Source: Xanthobacteraceae bacterium
Lineage (GTDB): Bacteria > Pseudomonadota > Alphaproteobacteria > Rhizobiales > Xanthobacteraceae
Length of the DNA: 64,000 nucleotides
Reading direction: 5' to 3'
Assembly: GCA_035652315.1 (NCBI GenBank)
Contig: DASREA010000034.1
Location: 15,631 to 79,630, forward strand
Part shown: in pieces, positions 1 through 8,921 of the stretch
Layout: every line of letters begins with the position of its first letter
Numbering within the stretch: the first letter of the stretch is position 1
Position numbers and translations under genes: made by a program
Notes under the pieces: generated by a model
Told to the model about the DNA's origin: nothing
Database searches by the model: none
What the model saw: the letters and a program-made list of their open reading frames with translations, nothing else

Positions 1-570
1 CGCCATCAACGCGTCAAAGTAGACCTTTTGGGACGGCTGATGCTGGAGGACCGGCAGGAATATCCGTGCCGCGTCATCAACATGTCGCCCGGTGGTATGG
101 CGGTATTGGCCACGACACCCGGCAAGGTCGGCGAGCGTGTTATCGCCTACATCGATCATCTCGGCCGGCTCGAAGGCAAGATCACCCGCGAGCTCGAAAA
201 GGGCTTCGCCATGGCCATCGCGGCGACGCCGCGCAAGCGCGACAAGCTTGCCGCGCAGCTGACCTGGCTCGCCAATCGCCACATCCTCAACCTACCGGAA
301 GACCGCCGCCATGGCCGCATTGTGCCGCGCAACCCCATGGCGCGGCTGATCCTGCCGAACGGCACCAATATCGCCTGTCGCGTCATTGACATGTCGCTGT
401 CAGGCGCTGCCATCGCCGTGCCGCCGCCGCAGCGGCCGCCGGTCGGAGCCGCCGTGACGGTGGGGAAGACGCCGGGCCGGGTGGTCCGCCACATCGATGA
501 TGGCTTCGCGATGGAATTCACCCGCCTGCAGCACCCCGACAATCTCGAAGAAAGCGTCACCGGAGAGTAA
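1..570 (+). CDS. PilZ domain-containing protein (two PilZ repeats); 5' end probably lies outside the window
   Basis: Track ORF 28..570 stays open in the same frame back to base 1. There are two PilZ-type signatures: the second is complete (RRHGR ... DMSLSG) and the first shows NMSPGG. Confidence 0.75.
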   Translation, partial: RHQRVKVDLLGRLMLEDRQEYPCRVINMSPGGMAVLATTPGKVGERVIAYIDHLGRLEGKITRELEKGFAMAIAATPRKRDKLAAQLTWLANRHILNLPEDRRHGRIVPRNPMARLILPNGTNIACRVIDMSLSGAAIAVPPPQRPPVGAAVTVGKTPGRVVRHIDDGFAMEFTRLQHPDNLEESVTGE

Positions 571-900
571 ATTTCCGGCCGCCGCGGGAGGCGCTTTGCA
601 CCCCCGATAAGCTGCGCCGACGCGACACAGCGCGCGGCGCCAACCGCTATTGCAATACCGTCAGGGTTAAGCAGACCGGACGATGTGCTCTCCGGTGCGC
701 GCCAGCGCGCGTCTGCGATGATTAACGCTCAAATTTTAGATAAATTGCATAAAATAGAATTTTATCAGCATTCGAAGAGAATACGCATAGTATTAGGTGC
801 GCTCTTTATTTTCGTTGTCTTCAACTTTACTTGTCCAACTTAGCGGCGATTCAAAGGCTTTATGCGAAGTGTGGCCCCATAACGATGGGAGGGGCCACCA

Positions 901-1533
901 ATGCAGTGGTTTTCCAAAAGAATACTGGTCGGCTGCGCGTCATTGCTGGCCGTTGCGGCGCTGGCCTGGCCGGCGGCGGCAGGCGCGGCGGGTGCGCAAA
1001 AGCCGATTTTCATTTCGGTCGGACCGGATGCGCGGCCGCCCATCGGCTGGCTGCAATTCTGCGACGACCATCCGGCGGATTGCCGCGGCGCGAACGGCGG
1101 AGTGCGCGATGTCGTGCTTACCAGCGCGGCCTGGCACGATCTCGTGCGCGTCAATCAATGGGTCAACAGCAACGTCAAGCCGATCACCGATCTCGATCAC
1201 TGGGGCGTTGCCGAGCGCTGGGATTATCCCGACGACGGCTACGGCGACTGCGAGGATTACGTGCTGCTCAAGCGCAAGATGCTGCTGAAGGCCGGCTGGC
1301 CGCGCAGTGCCCTACTCGTCACCGTTGTGCGCGACCAGCATGGTGCCGGCCATGCGGTGCTCACGGTGGAAACCGACAAAGGCGAGTTCGTCCTCGACAA
1401 CCAGAACGAGAAGATCGTGCTGTGGTCGGAGTCCGGCTACCGCTTCGTCAAGCGGCAATCACAAGCCAATCAAAATGTCTGGGTGACGCTGGACGAAACG
1501 CCGGCGTCGATACCCACCGCCAGCGCGCACTGA
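901..1533 (+). CDS. Periplasmic transglutaminase-like cysteine peptidase (BTLCP / LapG family)
   Basis: 210-aa ORF with a signal peptide (LLAVAALAWPAAAGAAG) and a purine-rich SD (GGGAGGGG) before ATG 901. The Cys/His/Asp contexts match what I remember for BTLCP: GYGDCEDY, GAGHAVL, FVLDNQ. Confidence 0.8.
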   Translation: MQWFSKRILVGCASLLAVAALAWPAAAGAAGAQKPIFISVGPDARPPIGWLQFCDDHPADCRGANGGVRDVVLTSAAWHDLVRVNQWVNSNVKPITDLDHWGVAERWDYPDDGYGDCEDYVLLKRKMLLKAGWPRSALLVTVVRDQHGAGHAVLTVETDKGEFVLDNQNEKIVLWSESGYRFVKRQSQANQNVWVTLDETPASIPTASAH

Positions 1534-1599
1534 ATGAAAAAGGAGATTCGCGTCCCCGGTCACGTCCCCACCCCTCCCCGTCCCCCGACCGGGTCGCGA

Positions 1600-1639
1600 G
1601 CGGCCGGCCTTCCCCCAAGGGCCGGCCGCACCTTTTTTT
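1600..1639 (+). terminator. Rho-independent terminator after the BTLCP gene
   Basis: 10-bp GC stem GCGGCCGGCC (1600-1609) / GGCCGGCCGC (1620-1629), followed by a T7 run at 1633-1639. Confidence 0.8.
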
Positions 1640-1677
1640 GCTCTTCTTTGTCCGCCCGCTCCGCGAAACGAACCGGC

Positions 1678-2205
1678 TCAATCGATCCGCTTCAGGCCCT
1701 TGGTATAGCGCTTCCAGCGCTGCACATAGATGTCGGCGCCATCGCGGATCATCTTGAGGATTTTCTCGTCGACGCTGCGAATGACGCGCGCGGGCGAGCC
1801 GACGATTAGGGAATTGTCGGGAAAAGTCTTTCCCTCAGTGACCAGCGCGCCGGCGCCGACCAGCGAATTGTTGCCGATCTTCACGCCATTGAGCAGGATC
1901 GCGCCCATGCCGACGAGGCTGTTGTCGCCGATCGTGCATCCATGCAGCACGACGTTATGGCCGACCACACAATCGTTGCCGATGGTAATCGGAAAACCGG
2001 GATCGGTATGCAGCGTGGCGTTATCCTGGATCTGCGAACGCGCGCCGAGCTCGATCCATTCGTTGTCGCCGCGCAAGACCGAGCCGAACCAGACACTGGC
2101 GTCGCTTTTCAAGCGCACGCGGCCGATGAGTACAGCGGTGTCCGCGATATAATAACTGCCCGTGTCCGGAAGCTCGGGCGCCTGCCCGTCGAGCGCATAA
2201 ATCAT
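1678..2205 (-). CDS. Gamma-carbonic-anhydrase-like / hexapeptide-repeat protein (YrdA/PaaY-like)
   Basis: Left-handed beta-helix hexapeptide repeats (IGNDCVVGHNVVLHGCTIGDNSLVGMGAILLNGVKIGNNSLVGAGALV). I moved the start from the track's 2265 to ATG 2205 (MIYALDG), which has an AGGAGAG SD just upstream. Confidence 0.8.
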   Translation of the reverse strand: MIYALDGQAPELPDTGSYYIADTAVLIGRVRLKSDASVWFGSVLRGDNEWIELGARSQIQDNATLHTDPGFPITIGNDCVVGHNVVLHGCTIGDNSLVGMGAILLNGVKIGNNSLVGAGALVTEGKTFPDNSLIVGSPARVIRSVDEKILKMIRDGADIYVQRWKRYTKGLKRID

Positions 2206-2268
2206 CGGCCCTCTCCTGTGGCCGCCGACATTGCCACGACGGCGGTCCGCTTGGCGAGACGGCAACGA

Positions 2269-2601
2269 TCAGATGCCGAGCAGGCCGACTTTCTCCAACA
2301 GCGACACCACGACGGTGCCTGACATCAGGCTCCAGATTCCGGCAAGCATTGTCGCCAGCATCACGAACTGAAAGCGGCGGCCTTCGATCCGGCGCCCGCG
2401 CAGCGTGTTGCGCATGATGATGAAGGGAGCGGCGAAGAGCAGAAAGCCGAGCGCGGCGAAGGTCGAGGGCTTCGGCCCGCGTTGCAGCAAGTGGAAGCTC
2501 GCCGGTTTCTTGGCGAAAAGCTGATAGCCGCTCGCGCAAAGACCGGCAAAGGCGAAGCCGACAAGCAGGCAGAGGAACGACTGAAGATGCTCGGGACTCA
2601 C
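2269..2601 (-). CDS. Small integral membrane protein, function unknown
   Basis: 110-aa ORF with about three hydrophobic segments and G/C-rich third positions. It lies 4 nt upstream of the gamma-CA-like gene on the same strand. Confidence 0.5.
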   Translation of the reverse strand: MSPEHLQSFLCLLVGFAFAGLCASGYQLFAKKPASFHLLQRGPKPSTFAALGFLLFAAPFIIMRNTLRGRRIEGRRFQFVMLATMLAGIWSLMSGTVVVSLLEKVGLLGI

Positions 2602-2768
2602 GGCACGCAGCTCACAGTTGGCGATGCCGATCCTGAGCAGAGGCGCCGCGACGGCGCCAGCGCATCGTTACCAAAAGGTTAACCGGCATGGGGCCGGAGG
2701 AAAAAGTGCTCTGGCTGCGTGCCAGCGGCGTCATGCGATACTGATGGCGATTCGGCGGGGTTTCCGGC

Positions 2769-3506
2769 ATGAGCTACGCAATCCAGGGACGGGGTCCGCA
2801 CCGGGCGCGGCGTATGGCGCGGAGCCTTCTCATGCTGCCGCTGTTGCTGTTCCTGGCGGTGGCCACGCTGGCGGCGACGTACATCGCCTATGTGCTGTGG
2901 CCGCGCTGGCCAGGACCGCCGGTGGCGCCCAACGCGCCGCCGTTGCCGATTGTCATTGGCGGCGTCGCTTTCAACATCCCGCCAGGCGCGATCCGCCGGC
3001 CGGTGCAACGGCGGCCGGGATCGCAGGAGCGCGTCGATCTTATTTTCGTCTGGCCGGGGTTGACGCCGCCGCCGGCCGCTACCGACCCGGGTGCGAGTGC
3101 CGACAGCGCGACGGCGGAACGCGAAGCGGCGCGCGAACCCGAGCGTCTTTTCGTGACCATCAGCGATGCGGCCGGCGTCCTGTCGCCGCTCGACCGCCTG
3201 AAAGCGATTTACGGCCGCTATCTCTCGCACGAATTTTTGCCGGCGCCGGCGGGGCTGGTCATGTTTTCCTTCCGCGACGGCTCGCCTTATCAAGGCGAGG
3301 ATTTGTTTTATCCACCGGAAGCGCCTGAGCGCTTTTTGCTTCGCTGCAATCGGCCGGCGGGTCCGACGCCCGGCACCTGCCTGCATGAGCGGCGCGTCGG
3401 CCAAGCGGACGTGACCATTCGTTTCCCGCGCGCCTGGCTCGCGGATTGGCACGCCGTGGCGAGCGGTATCGACCGGCTGATGGCGCGGTTGCAATCAGCG
3501 CGCTGA
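2769..3506 (+). CDS. Membrane-anchored hypothetical protein
   Basis: 245-aa ORF with an ATG start, an N-terminal TM helix (LLMLPLLLFLAVATLAATYIAYVLW) and a varied, protein-like composition. I recognised no family. Confidence 0.5.
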   Translation: MSYAIQGRGPHRARRMARSLLMLPLLLFLAVATLAATYIAYVLWPRWPGPPVAPNAPPLPIVIGGVAFNIPPGAIRRPVQRRPGSQERVDLIFVWPGLTPPPAATDPGASADSATAEREAAREPERLFVTISDAAGVLSPLDRLKAIYGRYLSHEFLPAPAGLVMFSFRDGSPYQGEDLFYPPEAPERFLLRCNRPAGPTPGTCLHERRVGQADVTIRFPRAWLADWHAVASGIDRLMARLQSAR

Positions 3507-3522
3507 CCTTTTGAGAAAAGCG

Positions 3523-3960
3523 CTAGACGGCGCCGCCCGGCTGCAAGTCAATGCCGAGGATGGGCATTTCGAAAATATAGGAACGGCCGGCGCGGCTGTC
3601 GTCGAGGAACAGCACGGCAATGAACTCATCGCCGATATAGGCCTCGACCGAATCCTGCTTCTTCGGCCGCGCCACGACGCGGATGCGCTCGTTGTCGAAT
3701 TTGCGCTTGAGATAGGCGTCGAGCCGCTTGGCATCGGCGATGCCGCCGGCGTCTCCCAGCGGGATTTCCATACGCAGGTTGTAGGAGCGTTCCTCGTCCT
3801 CGTCGTCGACGGAGAGATCGCCAATCTTGTCCTCGCCGACGAGCACGTTGGCCGTGTCACCTTTCTGCGGCACCACGCGCAGGCGCTGATTGCCGAACAG
3901 GCGCTTGAGATAGGTTTCCACCTGCTGCGTTTCTTGGACGTTCACGCGTGTCGCTCCCAT
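3523..3960 (-). CDS. DUF3126-like protein with an internal tandem duplication
   Basis: Track ORF is 3523..4119. I moved the start to ATG 3960 (MGATRVN) because the upstream part overlaps cysE. Two homologous halves are visible: ETYLKRLFGNQRLRVVPQKGD... and DAYLKRKFDNERIRVVARPKKQDSVEAYIGDEF... Confidence 0.65.
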   Translation of the reverse strand: MGATRVNVQETQQVETYLKRLFGNQRLRVVPQKGDTANVLVGEDKIGDLSVDDEDEERSYNLRMEIPLGDAGGIADAKRLDAYLKRKFDNERIRVVARPKKQDSVEAYIGDEFIAVLFLDDSRAGRSYIFEMPILGIDLQPGGAV

Positions 3961-4018
3961 TGTGCGCGCGCTGTCACTCCGGATCTGTGCCCGCACATGC
4001 CCGTTCTTGGCGCCGAAG

Positions 4019-4852
4019 TCAAAGCCCGGCGTCGTACAGCATCTGGTCCATGAAGCGCGAAGGCTCGGCGCAGCCGGCCGTGCCCACGACTTTGGCGGGG
4101 ACGCCGGCCACGGTGACATTGTGCGGCACCGGCTTCACGACGACCGACCCGGCGGCGACGCGCGCGCAATGGCCGACCTCGATATTGCCCAGGATTTTCG
4201 CGCCGGCGCCGATCATCACGCCGCGGCGGATCTTCGGGTGGCGGTCCTCGTGTTCCTTGCCGGTGCCGCCCAAACTCACGCCATGCAGCATGGAAACATC
4301 GTCTTCGACCACGGCGGTCTCACCGATGACGACGCCGGTGGCGTGATCGAGAAAGATGCCGCGGCCGATGCGCGCGGCGGGATGAATATCGACCTGGAAT
4401 ACCGAAGACGCGCGGCTTTGCAGGTAGTAGGCGAAATCCTTACGGCCTTTGTTCCAAAGCCAGTGCGCGAGGCGATGGGTTTGGATGGCGTGAAAGCCCT
4501 TGTAATAGAGCACCGGCTCGATCAGCCGGTGGGTGGCGGGATCGCGGTCCGCCACGGCAGCAATATCGGCGCGGAAGCTTTCGGCGATGGCCGGCTCGTC
4601 GCGTAACGCATCGGCATAGGTCTGCCGAATGAGATCGGCGGAAACATCGGCATGCGCCAGGCGCTCGGACAGCCGGTGCACGATCGCTTCTTCCAGAGAT
4701 TCGTGGTGCAGGACGCTGAGATAGATGAAGGTCGCGAGCTCAGGCTCGCGCCGCACCGCCTCTTCGGCCTCGCGGCGCACTTTCGCCCAGACCGGATCGA
4801 CCTTGTCGACCAGACCGGGCCTTGTCTGCTGTTGCGCCATGTCTCGCTCCAC
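4019..4852 (-). CDS. cysE: Serine O-acetyltransferase
   Basis: Shows YYKGFHAIQTHRLAHWLW, DIHPAARIGRGIFLDHATGVVIGETAVV and GGTGKEHEDRHPKIRRGVMIGAGAKILGNIEVG. The start is GTG 4852 or ATG 4840. Confidence 0.9.
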   Translation of the reverse strand: MERDMAQQQTRPGLVDKVDPVWAKVRREAEEAVRREPELATFIYLSVLHHESLEEAIVHRLSERLAHADVSADLIRQTYADALRDEPAIAESFRADIAAVADRDPATHRLIEPVLYYKGFHAIQTHRLAHWLWNKGRKDFAYYLQSRASSVFQVDIHPAARIGRGIFLDHATGVVIGETAVVEDDVSMLHGVSLGGTGKEHEDRHPKIRRGVMIGAGAKILGNIEVGHCARVAAGSVVVKPVPHNVTVAGVPAKVVGTAGCAEPSRFMDQMLYDAGL

Positions 4853-4919
4853 GCGTCAAAAAATCCGGGCGACCTTCTAGCACAGATCGGAAGCCGGACC
4901 GATGCCGACAAGAGCCCGT

Positions 4920-5672
4920 TTAGGCACGTTCGTTAAGAAACCTGATCACCCCGGCTTTGAAAACCTTGTCGCCGACCGCAAGCATGTGATCGCGATTGGG
5001 AATTTCCAACGCTTGCCCCTGCGGAAAAAGCGCCGCTAATGCCGGGCCGTCGCCGGCCACGGTGTCTTTGCCGCCGACCGCGACCAGGACCGGGGCTTTC
5101 ACGGCGGCGATCTGCTCTGGCGTCAGGGTCTCGCGCGCCCCACGGATGCAGGCGCCGAGTGCGCGGAGGTCGGACTGCGTTTGCTCCGCAAATTTGCGGA
5201 ACATGCGGCCGGTCGGATCGGAAACCTCCGCCAGCGACGGTGCTTCGAGCGCCGCCACCACAGCGTCCGGTAATCCCGCTCCGGTCACGAGTTTGCTGCC
5301 AATGCCGCCGAGGATCAGCGAACGGGTCCGTTGCGGGTGGTTGACGGCAAGGAAGGCAGCGATACGCGCGCCCATCGAATAGCCCATGATATCCGCATGC
5401 GCCAGACCGAGATGGTCGAGCAGCGCCCGCACGTCGGCGGCCATCAGCGCCATGCGATAATCCGACGGATCGTAAAGCTTGGTCGATTGGCCGTGGCCGC
5501 GGTTGTCGAGCGCAATGACCCGCCGCCCGGCCGCGGCAAGCGTCGCGGTCCATCCGGGCTGCACCCAGTTGACTTCCTTGTTCGAGGCAAAGCCGTGTAC
5601 CAGGACGATCGGCTCGCCGCCGCCTTCGTCGAGATAGGCGATTTCGACGTCCCCGTGATTGAAGCGCGGCAT
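4920..5672 (-). CDS. Alpha/beta-fold hydrolase
   Basis: 250-aa ORF with an HGF oxyanion motif (VLVHGFASN), the nucleophile elbow GYSMGA and a C-terminal His (RDHM). Confidence 0.8.
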   Translation of the reverse strand: MPRFNHGDVEIAYLDEGGGEPIVLVHGFASNKEVNWVQPGWTATLAAAGRRVIALDNRGHGQSTKLYDPSDYRMALMAADVRALLDHLGLAHADIMGYSMGARIAAFLAVNHPQRTRSLILGGIGSKLVTGAGLPDAVVAALEAPSLAEVSDPTGRMFRKFAEQTQSDLRALGACIRGARETLTPEQIAAVKAPVLVAVGGKDTVAGDGPALAALFPQGQALEIPNRDHMLAVGDKVFKAGVIRFLNERA

Positions 5673-5704
5673 GAAATAAATCCGGATAAAATAAAATAGC
5701 GAGT

Positions 5705-6850
5705 CTATAAACCCGCCATCATCAGCTGTTGCTGATGCTGCTGCATCGCGCGCGCCTTGCGCCGTTGCAGGTGACGCCAGGTGAACCGTTCGACGCCGCT
5801 TTTCAGCGAAATCACGAAACCGAGCAAGGCGAAAATCGCCCCCAGCACCCAGAGCGAAAGATTGAAGGTCGCCAGCGTCAGTGCGACGGCGCCACGGCCG
5901 AGCAGCTTCAGCGTCGCCCGCGTCTTGCTGCCCTCTTTTTCCGCGAGCTGCGCCACCCGCTCGACGTCGCGCGGCGTATCGGCGATTTTCAGTGTGTCGA
6001 GCGCGGCTTCGCTGCCGGCCCTGCTCTGCACGCGCCCGACATTACGGATAAGCTGAAGCAGGCCGCCGGCCTTTTCCACCTTTACCGCCTCGCGTGCGGC
6101 ATGGACCGCGACCGCCGGCTCGCTGAGGCTCGCGCCGACGATGGCACGCCGCAGCACCGTCCAGTCGATGACCTCTTGCAACGAGTGGCCGATCCATTGC
6201 GCCATACGCCCGCCCAATCCTCCCGTTTTGCGTGCGGCCTTGACCACGGAAACGCCGACGCGCGCAGGCGTGCTCGCGCCGAAGGTCGCGTAGGTCCCGG
6301 CGGTGATGGCGAGCCCGACGCAGGCAAGCCCGAGAATCATTTCGTCGGCCTCCTCGCCGCGGGCGTAATGCGCGCCCTCGCGCACCGCGTCGCGGACATC
6401 GCCGAAGACAAAGAAATCGCCGAGCGCCGTGCCGGCGAGGCCGACCACGTCGTGCGGCTCGCCGGTGATAAACCCTTCGGCGAAGGTCTGCGCCATACGG
6501 GTCGAGGATTTGGCCGCTGCCAATACCTCCGCGACCTGCAGCTTCAGCGGCTCGGGAACCGTGATGCCGCGGTCGCGGGCGAGATCGACGAAGCTGTTGG
6601 CAAGATCCGGATCGTTGGCGGCCAGCGCGGCTTCGATCTCGTGGATGATGACCGGCGCGGTTGCGATTTTATCCAGCGCTCTTTCGGCCACCGCTGCCGG
6701 ATCGCCGCGATTCGATAGTAACGCCTCCGCTTCGATGCCGCGCGGCACGAGCAGAAATGCCGCCGCCGCGCAGATCGCCGCGAGCAAGAGCGCGGCCACG
6801 ATCCGTGGCTTGGTTGCGCGGGGCAGTCGCGACGGAAAATGCAGGCGCAT
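5705..6850 (-). CDS. Conserved-looking membrane protein, function unknown
   Basis: 381-aa ORF with an N-terminal TM, central hydrophobic segments and a C-terminal TM pair. The opposite-strand ORF 5729..6718 has the R/G/D/H-rich composition typical of antisense frames. Confidence 0.55.
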   Translation of the reverse strand: MRLHFPSRLPRATKPRIVAALLLAAICAAAAFLLVPRGIEAEALLSNRGDPAAVAERALDKIATAPVIIHEIEAALAANDPDLANSFVDLARDRGITVPEPLKLQVAEVLAAAKSSTRMAQTFAEGFITGEPHDVVGLAGTALGDFFVFGDVRDAVREGAHYARGEEADEMILGLACVGLAITAGTYATFGASTPARVGVSVVKAARKTGGLGGRMAQWIGHSLQEVIDWTVLRRAIVGASLSEPAVAVHAAREAVKVEKAGGLLQLIRNVGRVQSRAGSEAALDTLKIADTPRDVERVAQLAEKEGSKTRATLKLLGRGAVALTLATFNLSLWVLGAIFALLGFVISLKSGVERFTWRHLQRRKARAMQQHQQQLMMAGL

Positions 6851-7040
6851 GGCAAACCTTTCCAGATTTGAAGGTCGCGAGCGGCAATATTCGCCCGCCT
6901 CGAAGAACGATCATGAGTCGCGCGGGTTCCGGAAGCAGCCCATTTGACAGCCCTGGCTTAACGCGTCAGTAACATCTGCTTCGCGGCAACGCTTATCCGG
7001 CGTCATCGACCGGCAGGGGCGCTATCAGACAGGCCGAACT

Positions 7041-7286
7041 ATGGCAGAAAAGGTCATTCCCCATTTTCACAATGACACCGGCGCCCCGGTCATCACCATC
7101 GGCGCCCGCGAGTTCATGTGCATCGGCGCGCTGCCCCCGTTCGATCATCCGCACATCTTCCTCGACATGGGCGACGATTCGGAAATCGTCTGCTCTTATT
7201 GCTCGACTTTATACCGTTTCGATCCTACGCTCGATCCGCATGCGGCGCGCCCGGCGGAATGCGCCTGGGAGACGGCCGCTACCTGA
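7041..7286 (+). CDS. Zinc-finger (zf-CHCC, NDUFS6-like) domain protein
   Basis: 81 aa with a C...HPH...CSYC pattern (FMCIGALPPFDHPHIFLDMGDDSEIVCSYCSTLY). Confidence 0.75.
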   Translation: MAEKVIPHFHNDTGAPVITIGAREFMCIGALPPFDHPHIFLDMGDDSEIVCSYCSTLYRFDPTLDPHAARPAECAWETAAT

Positions 7287-7310
7287 CAAACATCGCAGCA
7301 GGAATCCCGC

Positions 7311-8567
7311 GTGGCCGTTTCGCGCACCATTCTCGTCGCCGGCGCCGGCCTCGGCGGGCTTACGGCGGCACTGGCGCTGGCCAAGCGCGGCTTTCGCGCC
7401 GAGGTCTTCGAACAATCGACGCGGCTGGAGGAGATCGGCGCGGGAATTCAGCTCTCGCCTAACGCCATGCACGTGCTGCTGGCGCTCGGGCTGGAGGAAG
7501 CCCTGCGCCCCCACGTTGTCTCCGCCGAATGCATCAGCGTGCGCAAAGGCAGCTCGGGCCGCGAATTGGCCCGCGTGCCTCTCGGCCTATACGCCGAGCG
7601 GCGCTACGGCGCGCCCTATTGGATGATTCACCGCAGCGACCTGCAAAAGGTGCTGATCGAGGCGGCGCGCGCCAATCCGGACATTTCCGTCCAGCTTGGC
7701 AGCAAGGTGCGGGATTTCGCCGTGCATGCCAACGGCGTGACGGCGCAGGTCCAGGCCGGGTATGATGCCGACGAAAAGCGCGGCATCGCACTCGTTGCCG
7801 CCGACGGCCTTTGGTCGGCGCTGCGCCGGCGCCTTGGCCATCTCGCGCCGCCGCGTTTTGCGCGGCGGACCGCATGGCGCGCTACCGTCGCCGCCGACGC
7901 CGTACCCTATCGTTTCACGGAGCCCTGCGTCGATCTTTGGCTCGGACGGCATGCGCATCTCGTCCATTATCCGGTGAAGGCTGGCCGCGAGATCAACATC
8001 GTCGCGATCGTCCGCGACGAGGCCGGCGAGCCGGGCTGGAGCCGCGAGGGCGCGCGAAAAGAAATCGTCTCGCGATTCCGGCGCGGCTGGGCGATCGATG
8101 CCCGCAACATGGTCGCGACGCCGGAGCAGTGGAGCCGCTGGGCGTTATACGATTGCGCGCCACTCGACCATTGGGGCGAAGGACCTGTCACTCTGCTCGG
8201 CGATGCCGCTCATGCCATGCTGCCCTTTCTCGCCCAGGGCGCGGCCATGGCGATTGAAGACGCCATCGTGCTGGCGGAATCGCTGGCCGCCCTGCCCGAC
8301 GATCCCGCCAGAGCGATGCGCCATTACGAAGGGCTGCGCCGTGACCGCACGGCGCGCGCGCAACGTGAAGCGCGCCGCAATGGACGACGTTATCATGCCT
8401 CCGGTATCGAAGCGGCGCTGCGCAATCTCGCGCTGCGCGGTTTCGGCGGCAAGGCGCTGCTGTGGCGCTACCGTTGGCTTTATGGTTGGGGGCGGGGTGT
8501 CTCGCTGCCGGCCGCCACTGCGCCGCGCTTTGACTCCTACCGGCCGGACGAGCCGACGGAGGAATAA
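7311..8567 (+). CDS. FAD-dependent aromatic-ring monooxygenase (salicylate/3-hydroxybenzoate hydroxylase-like)
   Basis: GTG start. Shows GAGLGGL (GxGxxG), the DG motif (AADGLWSALR) and the GD motif (LLGDAAHAMLPFLAQGAAMAIEDA). Confidence 0.8.
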   Translation: MAVSRTILVAGAGLGGLTAALALAKRGFRAEVFEQSTRLEEIGAGIQLSPNAMHVLLALGLEEALRPHVVSAECISVRKGSSGRELARVPLGLYAERRYGAPYWMIHRSDLQKVLIEAARANPDISVQLGSKVRDFAVHANGVTAQVQAGYDADEKRGIALVAADGLWSALRRRLGHLAPPRFARRTAWRATVAADAVPYRFTEPCVDLWLGRHAHLVHYPVKAGREINIVAIVRDEAGEPGWSREGARKEIVSRFRRGWAIDARNMVATPEQWSRWALYDCAPLDHWGEGPVTLLGDAAHAMLPFLAQGAAMAIEDAIVLAESLAALPDDPARAMRHYEGLRRDRTARAQREARRNGRRYHASGIEAALRNLALRGFGGKALLWRYRWLYGWGRGVSLPAATAPRFDSYRPDEPTEE

Positions 8568-8686
8568 CGCCGGATAGGCCGACTGGTCGCTTTCCGGCGC
8601 GATTGATCCAAATCAAGACCGCGGCCGCCTGCGATCGCTATTTTCCAAAAAGTCGCCGAATCGGATGAAAGGTAGAGGTTTGCCCC

Positions 8687-8881
8687 ATGACCAGAAATAT
8701 TGGAACGACCGAACGCGTTATTCGCGTTGTCATTGGCCTCGTGCTCATCGCCTTTGCGATGCACTGGGGCTTTCCGGATACCAGCTGGAACTGGATCGGC
8801 TGGATTGGCGTCGTTCCGATCGTCACGGCCGTTGTCGGATTCTGCCCGCTTTACAGCCTACTCGGGATTTCGACGCCCTGA
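8687..8881 (+). CDS. DUF2892 (YgaP-like) small membrane protein
   Basis: 64 aa: TTERVIRVVIGLVLIAFA ... VGFCPLYSLLGI. Confidence 0.7.
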   Translation: MTRNIGTTERVIRVVIGLVLIAFAMHWGFPDTSWNWIGWIGVVPIVTAVVGFCPLYSLLGISTP

Positions 8882-8921
8882 GCGTCGGCGCGGCATGAGC
8901 AGTTGTTGAACGCCTCCGCGC

